64,000 bases of DNA, taken from Lytechinus pictus (Eukaryota). Every line of letters begins with the position of its first letter. Position 1 is the first letter of the stretch. The notes under the pieces were generated by a model. That model worked only from the letters and a program-made list of their open reading frames with translations. It was not told the origin of the DNA and searched no databases. This document shows, one piece after another, positions 51,833-64,000 of this stretch. Both the position numbers and the translations under genes were made by a program. The stretch lies in assembly GCF_037042905.1 (NCBI RefSeq), contig NC_087245.1, positions 19,718,001 through 19,782,000 of the forward strand, read 5' to 3'.

Positions 51833-52669
51833 ATGAGATGAGCTGACAGCCGAAACTGGTTTAGCGCTCAAGTCGTACGGAGGTTTCCCCGGCGGCAGTT
51901 ATAGCAGGCCAGGGAATCAACGATCAGTGATTTAATTCATTAGAAAATATATATATTGGTACCAATAATTCCAAACAGGATTTTGTTATTTTTTTCACTT
52001 CGTTTATATTATCGCTATGTATTTTAACACGATGTGCGTTTACTATTGAGTATATTGAGTCACCTGAAATAACACCCGGAACATTTCTCTGTTTAGGCAA
52101 CAGGGGGCCTAAACATGGAACAAAAAACTCACGCAACTAGTTTGCACTTGATGTTCGTAGTCGGCGTGTAGGCCTAAAACTTTATTTTAACATATATATA
52201 GCTTCCTTTTTTTCATTCTAAACTCCCAAGTTATCCCCTCTACAGCAAACCTCATGTCGATATCGGTCCGCCAATATACGATCTTCTCGGATATTTTCAA
52301 ATAAATGTGGCATTTTGGTAGGCACGGCAAAATTGAAAAAAAAAGTATGCACAAGAAATTGTAAATAATTTCATATACTCACTTTTGCGTTATCCTTCTT
52401 GGTTATATATAAATGCCCCGTTATATTGAATTTTAACCTCCTTCACTCCTTCCGCCAAAATATTCCAAGTCAACAAATTTCCTCATTTTTTTTTCGCCCG
52501 GCAAGCTCATCAATCATCTCTCTCAAACCTTTCTTTCTTCACTCTAATCCTCTCAAACCATCCTCACTCTAATCCTCTGCGAAAAGTTGCGCCCTCCATG
52601 TCAATCGTGCCCCACTGACATCAAGATGTGTCTTGCCGCATCTCGCACATAATGCATAAACTTTTATGC

Positions 52670-55600
52670 ATGATTTTATATATTCATGAACTTTCACTTC
52701 ATGCTGTATTTTTATGTTGTTTCCCAATTTTCCTCCTTCGCAATATTGCTTTATTCCGTAATTGTTAAACTCTATATAGGGCATTTTATTATGTCCAACA
52801 TTTTTGCGTATCTTTTCTACTCTTCCATCGTCACCCTATCATAAATGGATTTTGTCAATGTTAGCTTATTTTTATTTTCCTCAAGAAAGAGCAAGACGAA
52901 CTTTTAATGGTACAGATGTATATTTCAAAGGTGATTAGCTGCAAATATACGGAATAATGGAAAAACATATGTTAAAACGCAATTTGAATTTTTTGATGGG
53001 CAAATTGATTAAGGTGCTAGTATAGTGACAAACTTCACTAAATACGGGATAAAGCTTATAGAGAAAACTTGGTGAGCATAGGGACGAATCAACCGAGATT
53101 CTAATAATTACTATTGACCGGAGGGCGGGAAAAGTGGTGTTCTGGGTTTGAAATGTCTGGCTGGGCGGGGGGTAGAGCGAAGGAAAAGTATATAAGGCAA
53201 CAAAAATGGGAGGCATATTCGGGTGTTAGTATAAAATCTTCAACAAAATACGTAAAAACCGATATAGTAAAGTTGAAACGCAATAATATATATATTTTTT
53301 TTTGGGGGGGGGGCATAATTATTTAGGTGCTAATAAAGAGTGACAATTAAGCTTCACCAAAATACGGAATAAAGTAATAAAGAAAAGTTTGTGGGCATAA
53401 AGTACTAAGTGATGATCGAGCCAAGATTCTTAATTCTCTATTGCTTTAGTCCGTATCAATTTGATGCAGTATAGAGTGACTGCATAAAAAATATACAGAA
53501 TAAAGCAATACAGAAATGTTGGCATATTAAGGTGCTGGTATAAAGTGACAAACTTATCAAAATACGGAATAAAGCGATATAGAAAATTTTGAACACAATT
53601 TAATTTTCTGTGGGTATATTAAGGTACTAGTATAGAGTGACAAACTTCATAAATATACGGAATAAAGAAATATAGAAAAGTTGGTGGGCATATTAAGTTG
53701 CTAGTATACAGGCCCAAATTTCTTGAAATATGGAATAAAGCAAGAGAGAAATGTTCTCATTTAATTGATTCCTCAAAAATGGAATATGTTATTTTTATAC
53801 AATTGTTTTACTAGTGATGATTCTGATTTTAATGTTATTGATATCGAATTCATTCACTATTTGTATAGAACCTTAGTTGCACTTTTATCTTTTTGTATAT
53901 ATTGTTATTTCATTTTAACAGGACCATGTTTAAAAACAGTGAATCTGAGCTTGTTATCCTGTATAAAGATATTTAAATAAATAAATAAATTTGTTATGTT
54001 TGTTTATAGTCTTCATTCTTTATGGTGTATATTGCTTTATTACGTGTCTCTGTGTCTTTTTTTTTCTTTTTTTTCATCTGTTCATGATTTTATTTATTCA
54101 TGAACTTTCACTTTATGCTGTATTTTTATGTTGTTTCTCAATTTTCCTCCTTCGCGTTATTGCTTTATTCCGTAATTGTTAAACTCTATATAGGGCATTT
54201 TATTATGTCCAACATTTTTGCGTATCTTTTCTACTCTTCCATCGTCACCCTATCATAAATGGATTTTGTCAATGTTAGCTTATTTTTATTTTCCTCAAGA
54301 AAGAGCAAGACGGACTTTTAATGGTTCAGATGTATATTCGAAAGGTGATTAGCTACAAATACGGATTAAAGGAAAAACATATGTTAAAACGCAATTTGAT
54401 TTTTTTGATGGGCAAATTGATTAAGGTGCTAGTATAGTGACAAACTTCACTAAATACGGGATAAAGCTTATAGAGAAAACTTGGTGAGCATAGGGACGAA
54501 TCAACCGAGATTCTAATAATTACTATTGACCGGAGGGCGGGAAAAGTGGTGTTCTGGGTTTGAAATGTATGGCTGGGCGGGGGGTAGAGCGAAGGAAAAG
54601 TATATAAGGCAACAAAAATGGGAGGCATATTCGGGTGTTAGTATAAAATCTTCAACAAAATACGTAAAAACCGATATAGTAAAGTTGAAACGCAATAATA
54701 TATATTTTTTTTTTGGGGGGGGGGGCATAATTATTTAGGTGCTAATAAAGAGTGACAATTAAGCTTCACCAAAATACGGAATAAAGTAATAAAGAAAAGT
54801 TTGTGGGCATAAAGTACTAAGTGATGATCGAGCCAAGATTCTTAATTCTCTATTGCTTTAGTCCGTATCAATTTGATGCAGTATAGAGTGACTGCATAAA
54901 AAATATACAGAATAAAGCAATACAGAAATGTTGGCATATTAAGGTGCTGGTATAAAGTGACAAACTTATCAAAATAGGGAATAAAGCGATATAGAAAATT
55001 TTGAACACAATTTAATTTTCTGTGGGTATATTAAGGTGCTAGTATAGAGTGACAAACTTCATAAATATACGGAATAAAGCAATATAGAAAAGTTGGTGGG
55101 CATATTAAGTTGCTAGTATACAGGCCCAAATTTCTTGAAATATGGAATAAAGCAAGAGAGAAATGTTCTCATTTAATTGATTCCTCAAAAATTGAATATG
55201 TTATTTTTATACAATTGTTTTACTTGTGATGATTCTGATTTTAATGTTATTGATATCGAATTCATTCACTATTTGTATAGAACCTAAGTTACACTTTTAT
55301 CTTTTTGTATATATTGTTATTTCATTTTAACAGGACCATGTTTAAAAACAGTGAATCTCAGCTTGTTATCCTGTATAAAGATATTTAAATAAATAAATAC
55401 ATTTGTTATGTTTGTTTATAGTCTTCATTCTTTATGGTGTATATTGCTTTATTACGTGTCTCTGTGTCTTTTTTTTTTTTTTTCATCTGTTCATGATTTT
55501 ATTTATTCATGAACTTTCACTTTATGCTGTATTTTTATGTTGTTTCTCAATTTTCCTCCTTCGCGTTATTGCTTTATTCCGTAATTGTTAAACTCTATAT

Positions 55601-56500
55601 AGGGCATTTTATTATGTCCAACATTTTTGCGTATCTTTTCTACTCTTCCATCGTCACCCTATCATAAATGGATTTTGTCAATGTTAGCTTATTTTTATTT
55701 TCCTCAAGAAAGAGCAAGACGGACTTTTAATGGTACAGATGTATATTCCAAAGGTGATTAGCTACAAATACGGATTAAAGGAAAAACATATGTTAAAACG
55801 CAATTTGATTTTTTTGATGGGCAAATTGATTAAGGTGCTAGTATAGTGACAAACTTCACTAAATACGGGATAAAGCTTATAGAGAAAACTTGGTGAGCAT
55901 AGGGACGAATCAACCGAGATTCTAATAATTACTATTGACCGGAGGGCGGGAAAAGTGGTGTTCTGGGTTTGAAATGTCTGGCTGGGCGGGGGGTAGAGCG
56001 AAGGAAAAGTATATAAGGCAACAAAAATGGGAGGCATATTCGGGTGTTAGTATAAAATCTTCAACAAAATACGTAAAAACCGATATAGTAAAGTTGAAAC
56101 GCAATAATATTTTTTTTTTGGGGGGGGGGCATAATTATTTAGGTGCTAATAAAGAGTGACAATTAAGCTTCACCAAAATACGGAATAAAGTAATAAAGAA
56201 AAGTTTGTGGGCATAAAGTACTAAGTGATGACCGAGCCAAGATTCTTAATTCTCTATTGCTTTAGTCCGTATTAATTTGATGCAGTATAGAGTGACTGCA
56301 TACAAAATATACAGAATAAAGCAATACAGAAATGTTGGCATATTAAGGTGCTGGTATAAAGTGACAAACTTATCAAAATACAGAATAAAGCGATATAGAA
56401 AATTTAGAACACAATTTAATATTCTGTGGGTATATTAACGTGCTAGTATAGAGTGACAAACTTCATAAATATATGGAATAAAGCAATATAGAAAAGTCGT
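52670..56500. repeat. ~1.41-kb tandem macro-repeat, about 2.7 copies
   Basis: Equivalent positions at 53101, 54513 and 55922 (periods 1412 and 1409). Each unit contains diverged 74-bp monomers. Confidence 0.92.
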
Positions 56501-59500
56501 TGGGCATATTAAGGTGCTAGTATAGAGTGACAAGCTTCATGAAAATACGGAATAAAGCAATATTGAAGAGTTGTTGGGCATATTAAGGTGCTAGTATAGA
56601 GTGATGAACAAGCCAATATTCTAATAATTCGTGTTGGCCCGGAGGGCGAGAAAGGGGGTTTTCTTTTGGGGGTATATAAGCAGCGGACAGGGGGATTGAA
56701 ATGTCTGAGGGGGGATAGAGCGAAAAAAGAAAAGTAGGAAAACATATTTTAATCAAAACTCTTTTGGGCGTATTAAGGTGCTAGTATAGAGTGACAAATT
56801 TCATGAAAATACGGAATAAAGCAATATATAAAAGTTGTTGGGCATATTAAGGTGCTAGTATAGAGTGACAAGCTTCATGAAAATACGGAATAAAGCAATA
56901 TTGAAAAGTTGTTGGGCATATTAAGGTGCTAGTATAGAGTGAAGAACAAGCCAAGATTCTAATAATTCGTGTTGGCCCGGAGGGCGAGAAAAGGGGTTTT
57001 CTTTTGGGGGTATATAAGCAGCGGACAGGGGGATTGAAATGTCTGAGGGGGGATAGAGCGAAAGAGAAAAGTAGGAAATGCAAATTTTATTCAAAATTCT
57101 TTTGGGCATATTAAGGTGCTAGTATAGAGTGACAAGCTTCATGAAAATACGGAATAAAGCAATATTGAAGAGTTGTTGGGCATATTAAGGTGCTAGTATA
57201 GAGTGATGAACAAGCCAAGATTCTAATAATTCGTGTTGGCCCGGAGGGCGAGAAAAGGGGTTTTCTTTTGGGGGTATATAAGCAGCGGACAGGGGGATTG
57301 AAATGTCTGAGGGGGGATAGAGCGAAAGAGAAAAGTAGAAAATGCAAATTTTATTCAAAATTCTTTTGGGCATATTAAGGTGCTAGTATAGAGTGACAAG
57401 CTTCATGAAAATACGGAATAAAGCAATATTGAAGAGTTGTTGGGCATATTAAGGTGCTAGTATAGAGTGATGAACAAGCCAAGATTCTAATAATTCGTGT
57501 TGGCCCGGAGGGCGAGAAAAGGGGTTTTCTTTTGGGGGTATATAAGCTGCGGACAGGGGGATTGAAATGTCTGAGGGGGGATAGAGCGAAAATAGAAAAG
57601 TAGGAAAGCATATTTTAATCAAAATTCTTTTGGGCATATTAAGGTGCTAGTATAGAGTGACAAATTTCATGAAAATACGGAAAAAAGCAATATATAAAAG
57701 TTGTTGGGCATATTAAAGTGCTAGTATAGAGTGACAAGCTTCATGAAAATACGGAATAAAGCAATATTGAAGAGTTGTTGGGCATATTAAGGTGCTAGTA
57801 TAGAGTGATGAACAAGCCAAGATTCTAATAATTCGTGTTGGCCCGGAGGGCGAGAAAAGGGGTTTTCTTTTGGGGGTATATAAGCAGCGGACAGGGGGAT
57901 TGAAATGTCTGAGGGGGGATAGAGCGAAAATAGAAAAGTAGGAAAGCATATTTTAATCAAAACTCTTTTGGGCATATTAAGGTGCTAGTATAGAGTGACA
58001 AATTTCATGAAAATACGGAATAAAGCAATATATAAAAGTTGTTGGGCATATTAAGGTGCTAGTATAGAGTGACAAGCTTCATGAAAATACGGAATAAAGC
58101 AATATTGAAGAGTTGTTGGGCATATTAAGGTGCTAGTATAGAGTGATGAACAAGCCAAGATTCTAATAATTCGTGTTGGCCCGGAGGGCGAGAAAAGGGG
58201 TTTTCTTTTGGGGGTATATAAGCAGCGGACAGGGGGACTGAAATGTCTGAGGGGGGATAGAGCGAAAATAGAAAAGTAGGAAAGCATATTTTAATCAAAA
58301 CTCTTTTGGGCATATTAAGGTGCTAGTATAGAGTGACAAATTTCATGAAAATACGGAATAAAGCAATATATAAAAGTTGTTGGGCATATTAAGGTGCTAG
58401 TATAGAGTGACAAGCTTCATGAAAATACGGAATAAAGCAATATTGAAAAGTTGTTGGGCATATTAAGGTGCTAGTATAGAGTGATGAACAAGCCAAGATT
58501 CTAATAATTCGTGTTGGCCCGGAGGGCGAGAAAAGGGGTTTTCTTTTGGGGGTATATAAGCAGCGGACAGGGGGATTGAAATGTCTGAGGGGGGATAGAG
58601 CGAAAATAGAAAAGTAGGAAAGCATATTTTAATCAAAACTCTTTTGGGCATATTAAGGTGCTAGTATAGAGTGACAAATTTCATGAAAATACGGAATAAA
58701 GCAATATATAAAAGTTGTTGGGCATATTAAGGTGCTAGTATAGAGTGACAAGCTTCATGAAAATACGGAATAAAGCAATATTGAAAAGTTGTTGGGCATA
58801 TTAAGGTGCTAGTATAGAGTGATGAACAAGCCAAGATTCTAATAATTCGTGTTGGCCCGGAGGGCGAGAAAAGGGGTTTTCTTTTGGGGGTATATAAGCA
58901 GCGGACAGGGGGATTGAAATGTCTGAGGGGGGATAGAGCGAAAGAGAAAAGTAGGAAAAGCAAATTTTATTCAAAATTCTTTTGGGCATATTAAGGTGCT
59001 AGTATAGAGTGACAAGCTTCATGAAAATACGGAATAAAGCAATATTGAAGAGTTGTTGGGCATATTAAGGTGCTAGTATAGAGTGATGAACAAGCCAAGA
59101 TTCTAATAATTCGTGTTGGCCCGGAGGGCGAGAAAAGGGGTTTTCTTTTGGGGGTATATAAGCAGCGGACAGGGGGATTGAAATGTCTGAGGGGGGATAG
59201 AGCGAAAAGAGAAAAGTAGGAAAAGCAAATTTTATTCAAAATTCTTTTGGGCATATTAAGGTGCTAGTATAGAGTGACAAGCTTCATGAAAATACGGAAT
59301 AAAGCAATATTGAAAAGTTGTTGGGCATATTAAGGTGCTAGTATAGAGTGATGAACAAGCCAAGATTCTAATAATTCGTGTTGGCCCGGAGGGCGAGAAA
59401 AGGGGTTTTCTTTTGGGGGTATATAAGCAGCGGACAGGGGGATTGAAATGTCTGAGGGGGGATAGAGCGAAAATAGAAAAGTAGGAAAGCATATTTTAAT

Positions 59501-61130
59501 CAAAATTCTTTTGGGCATATTAAGGTGCTAGTATAGAGTGACAAATTTCATGAAAATACGGAAAAAAGCAATATATAAAAGTTGTTGGGCATATTAAAGT
59601 GCTAGTATAGAGTGACAAGCTTCATGAAAATACGGAATAAAGCAATATTGAAGAGTTGTTGGGCATATTAAGGTGCTAGTATAGAGTGATGAACAAGCCA
59701 AGATTCTAATAATTCGTGTTGGCCCGGAGGGCGAGAAAAGGGGTTTTCTTTTGGGGGTATATAAGCAGCGGACAGGGGGATTGAAATGTCTGAGGGGGGA
59801 TAGAGCGAAAATAGAAAAGTAGGAAAGCATATTTTAATCAAAACTCTTTTGGGCATATTAAGGTGCTAGTATAGAGTGACAAATTTCATGAAAATACGGA
59901 ATAAAGCAATATATAAAAGTTGTTGGGCATATTAAGGTGCTAGTATAGAGTGACAAGCTTCATGAAAATACGGAATAAAGCAATATTGAAGAGTTGTTGG
60001 GCATATTAAGGTGCTAGTATAGAGTGATGAACAAGCCAAGATTCTAATAATTCGTGTTGGCCCGGAGGGCGAGAAAAGGGGTTTTCTTTTGGGGGTATAT
60101 AAGCAGCGGACAGGGGGATTGAAATGTCTGAGGGGGGATAGAGCGAAAATAGAAAAGTAGGAAAGCATATTTTAATCAAAACTCTTTTGGGCATATTAAG
60201 GTGCTAGTATAGAGTGACAAATTTCATGAAAATACGGAATAAAGCAATATATAAAAGTTGTTGGGCATATTAAGGTGCTAGTATAGAGTGACAAGCTTCA
60301 TGAAAATACGGAATAAAGCAATATTGAAAAGTTGTTGGGCATATTAAGGTGCTAGTATAGAGTGAAGAACAAGCCAAGATTCTAATAATTCGTGTTGGCC
60401 CGGAGGGCGAGAAAAGGGGTTTTCTTTTGGGGGTATATAAGCAGCGGACAGGGGGATTGAAATGTCTGAGGGGGGATAGAGTGAAAGAGAAAAGTAGGAA
60501 AAGCAAATTTTATTCAAAATTCTTTTGGGCATATTAAGGTGCTAGTATAGAGTGACAAGCTTCATGAAAATATGGAATAAAGCAATATTGAAGAGTTGTT
60601 GGGCATATTAAGGTGCTAGTATAGAGTGATGAACAAGCCAAGATTCTAATAATTCGTGTTGGCCCGGAGGGCGAGAAAAGGGGTTTTCTTTTGGGGGTAT
60701 ATAAGCAGCGGACAGGGGGATTGAAATGTCTGAGGGGGGATAGAGCGAAAAGAGAAAAGTAGGAAAAGCAAATTTTATTCAAAATTCTTTTGGGCATATT
60801 AAGGTGCTAGTATAGAGTGACAAGCTTCATGAAAATACGGAATAAAGCAATATTGAAAAGTTGTTGGGCATATTAAGGTGCTAGTATAGAGTGATGAACA
60901 AGCCAAGATTCTAATAATTCGTGTTGGCCCGGAGGGCGAGAAAAGGGGTTTTCTTTTGGGGGTATATAAGCAGCGGACAGGGGGATTGAAATGTCTGAGG
61001 GGGGATAGAGCGAAAAGAGAAAAGTAGGAAAAGCAAATTTTATTCAAAATTCTTTTGGGCATATTAAGGTGCTAGTATAGAGGGACAAATTTCCAGAAAA
61101 TACGGATTTAAGCAATATAGAAAAGTTGTT
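56430..61130. repeat. Satellite array: 74-bp monomers plus a 190-bp unit in 264/265- and 338-bp higher-order repeats (15 HORs)
   Basis: Shared core GGGCATATTAAGGTGCTAGTATAGAGTGA. HOR starts at 56509, 56847, 57111, 57375, 57713, 58051, 58389, 58727, 58991, 59256, 59594, 59932, 60270, 60534, 60799. Confidence 0.95.
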
Positions 61131-61344
61131 GAAGTTCATGAAATACGCAATAAAAACGAATGTCGACCTTTAGAAATAGCACCGAAATACTTCACATCCC
61201 CGATCCCCTTAAGTAAAGAGACCCTCGTTAGGATTCGAACCACGAACGCTTATATGACTACGTCTACGTATTATGCACTGCGCCACGCTCACCTATTCAC
61301 TCGCGGATGTGAAATTAAGATATACTGCGTAAAGCTTTACCAAC

Positions 61345-61465
61345 AAAAAAAAATCCGGGACGGGCGCAAAACGCACACATATGAACACACACAGTGCTTC
61401 GCTTCGCGAAGCACTGTACACGTGTGTTCATATGTGTGCGTTTTGCGCCCGTCCCGGATTTTTTA
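61345..61465. repeat. ~120-bp near-perfect palindrome
   Basis: aaaaaatccgggacgggcgcaaaacgcacacatatgaacac...gtgttcatatgtgtgcgttttgcgcccgtcccggatttttt. Confidence 0.9.
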
Positions 61466-63046
61466 CTTAGATGAGCGGTATTAATGGCGGCTGGGCATAT
61501 TTGCTAATATTAGGGTGTCTGAAGCCACACTGAAAAGTGTCAGCATAAAACAGGCTGATTTAGGGGAAAATATGGCACATTTTTTGGGGGAAGTTCAGGC
61601 TACTAGAAAAATGTGATCTGAATTGATTATTAACTTGTGTTTGGCATGTATGGAAAGAGAAAATTCAGGGGCTTCTTTTGACAGTAAGGACAAGTTTATA
61701 TGATCATTTTAAATAAGGATTTAGAGATAAATTGCAAACCATTATTTTTGTGTGTGTTGAGATTGCCATTTCTCCATGCATTTTCTATGGGAAAATGAAA
61801 TTTCTGTTTTGCACAATTTTTTTCACTTTGTCGCAATTTTTCATTGTGATCTGGTTTCCAAATCTTTATAAAAATCATACCATCAGATAGAGCATAAAAA
61901 ATCCTATTGGACTCTTTATGGACAAGTTTTTGGCATTAATAATAAATTTATAACAGCTCTCGGAAGCTAAAAATTTGGATTTGTGTGTGTCCATTTCTTA
62001 ACTACACAGTCTATGGCCACTCTAGGCGACACCCCAATACTTACCCGTGCTAATAAACTGGGACTCCACTCACGCGCGTTTGGGCCTCCCTAGCTTAGAA
62101 CTAAGCACTAATATCACCTTAAAAACTAAATCTACAAGGTATGTATAATCTATTTACAAATTTAATAATGTTTAATCGGTACTCACCGGTTCTTTTGTTG
62201 CATTTTCAGACCATTTCTCACAATTCTTCGTAAATATTTGCGGCAAATTTTGTCGCCATAGACAGCTTAGCATCCATCTTTATTGATAAATGGAGCGCCC
62301 TTTACGATAGTTGTTAATGCCGCGGAGAAATCGTTAGGCATTTTGGCCTGTGTTCAAGGCGTTCTTTCTGTTTTATTTTTTATATTGAAGATTGTGCATT
62401 TGTTGAATAGCGCCGTCTACGTCAGGTATGAGATCGAGTGTATAAATACAGTATCGCCCAAAATAAAGTTGACACCCTTAACGCACGTAACGCCGCACCG
62501 GCCCGTATTGCGTTTATTTTTTCATTAACGTTCACGCGCGTTATTGCCAGCGCGGAAGGATATCAAAAAAAAAGGAGGGGAGCTCGTAGACGTACGTCTC
62601 ATTATTGCGATAATCGAACGCGATATTAACGCAATAAACATGAAGATTGTCATAATGAGATGAATCGGCGCGCCGATGTTTTGCTAAAACCTAAATATCT
62701 TGAAAATTAATACCACCCTCATGGGGATCGAAATACAGAAAATCCAAGGGTATCGATTTGGGTTGATTAACGGTGCGCTAGTCGAACACACTCGAGCCGT
62801 TTCGGAGGAGGTGACTGTGTTTGGCCATACCTCGGAGATGCCGGCGCAATTGTCTCGTGCCGTCATGAGAAAGCTCGATCTGTTCTGATTTGGAGTTCAG
62901 TTGTTTTCCCCACGATTCATTAATATACTCGCTTTAACTTGTGTCACTTTCAAAGAATTCACAATTGTCTTATCTTGTTTCATTTTATTTAAATGCGTGT
63001 AGTTTGTGCAAGCGAGACCAACCCAAGGATACAAGCAGGTGCGGCT

Positions 63047-63183
63047 CCTACCTCAAGTGATCGTGCAGGCTCCACTCCATTTCAGTACCGCTACATCGCT
63101 CCACCTACCCGAATAGTCGAGTAGTGTAGCGATATCTAGTGAATTGGAGTAGTGGAGCCTGCATGAACATCATTTGAGGTAGG
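63047..63183. mobile_element. Short hairpin MITE
   Basis: cctacctcaa...tgcaggctccact / agtggagcctgca...ttgaggtagg inverted arms. Confidence 0.55.
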
Positions 63184-63185
63184 AT

Positions 63186-63521
63186 CACTAGCGTACCCAC
63201 GGGGGGGGGAGAGCAGTCTGCCCCCCCCCCCCTGACGAGTCACAACTAATGCAAAAAACGTAAACATGCCCCCCCCTGACGAGCTTGAAAAAACTTTTTT
63301 GCCCCCCCCCCCGACGAGCTTGAAGACTTTTTTTTATTTTTTCCGTAATGAAATCTTTTATATGTGATTGAATACCTTTTTTTTTTTGCTTAATTGTCTA
63401 ATTTTTTTTTTCGGAACAAAATCTTTTTAAATGTGATTGAAGACCTTTTTTTGCTTGTCAAATTTATTGGCGGACGATTTTGCCCCCCCCCCCCCCGTGG
63501 AAAATCCTAGGTACGCCACTG
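63186..63521. mobile_element. hAT-like MITE
   Basis: CACTAGCGTACC...GGTACGCCACTG termini, 8-bp TSD GGTAGGAT (63178-85, 63522-29), poly-G/C runs. Confidence 0.75.
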
Positions 63522-64000
63522 GGTAGGATCCAGGATTTTTAAGGGGGGGGGGGGCACATTTCCCCGAAAAAAAAGTTTCAACCTAAAGTAATGACATTTC
63601 GTCCAAGAGCAAAAAAATAAAAATAAAAATAAAATAAAGGTTTTCAACCCCGAATAATTAAATTTAGTCTATGAAAAGTTTTGACAAGCAGAAATTAATA
63701 AAAAAAATAAAGCACTTTCAAAAGAGGCCACACTTTTGTTTTCACTGCATTTTTACTTTGCAAATTTTAATTGTGCTAAGTGGGGGGAGGGCCGTCTGTG
63801 CCCACCCTCCCCCCTGGATCTGCCAGTGGATACAAGATAATATATACGCGGGTGTTGTACCCTTGTGTTGTGATGTAATGTTATGATGTTATGTGATGTT
63901 AAGAGAGATTGGCAGAGCGAGAGGGAGACTTGCATAAAAAAATCAGATATTTTTTCACATAGAGTAATAGCCTTGAGTAAAAAATAAGAATAAGAAGAGA

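Noticed and set aside
52935..61062. Dozens of near-identical 60-93 aa ORFs
   Set aside because: Translations of the tandem repeats, with no domain or splice structure.
56430..61130. CRISPR-like pattern: 29-bp conserved core separated by ~45-bp segments
   Set aside because: The spacers are themselves repeated, there are no cas genes and the context is eukaryotic. It is a satellite.

Overview
AT-rich, intron-rich animal genomic DNA. The repeat landscape suggests an invertebrate deuterostome such as a sea urchin (inference only). Three protein-coding loci are supported: (1) the 5' end of an unidentified minus-strand gene (non-coding first exon ending at 6630, first coding exon 4663-4824); (2) a complete 11-exon LAS1L gene on the + strand (20911-28611, 491 aa); (3) a convergent PRIM1 (DNA primase small subunit) gene on the - strand, exons 2-12 at 47419-37887. 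PRIM1 contains a U12-type AT-AC intron (40995-41254), and I could not find its first coding exon in the 16.5 kb upstream. The rest is transposon-derived: a 7.3-kb CMC/EnSpm-like element (11797-19108), many MITEs (hAT-, Harbinger-, Academ-, Kolobok- and piggyBac-like), tRNA-derived SINEs, an RTE fragment, a 1.9-kb foldback, and a hierarchical satellite (74-bp monomer, 264/338-bp HORs, 1881-bp super-repeat, 1.41-kb macro-repeat) at about 52670-61130. The most unusual candidate system is the 7.3-kb element. It has TGACGTCA-rich subterminal arrays, an NRF1/YY1-motif promoter, and a putative spliced non-coding transcript built from LINE fragments and running antisense to a LINE ORF1. All calls were made by eye, with no database searches.
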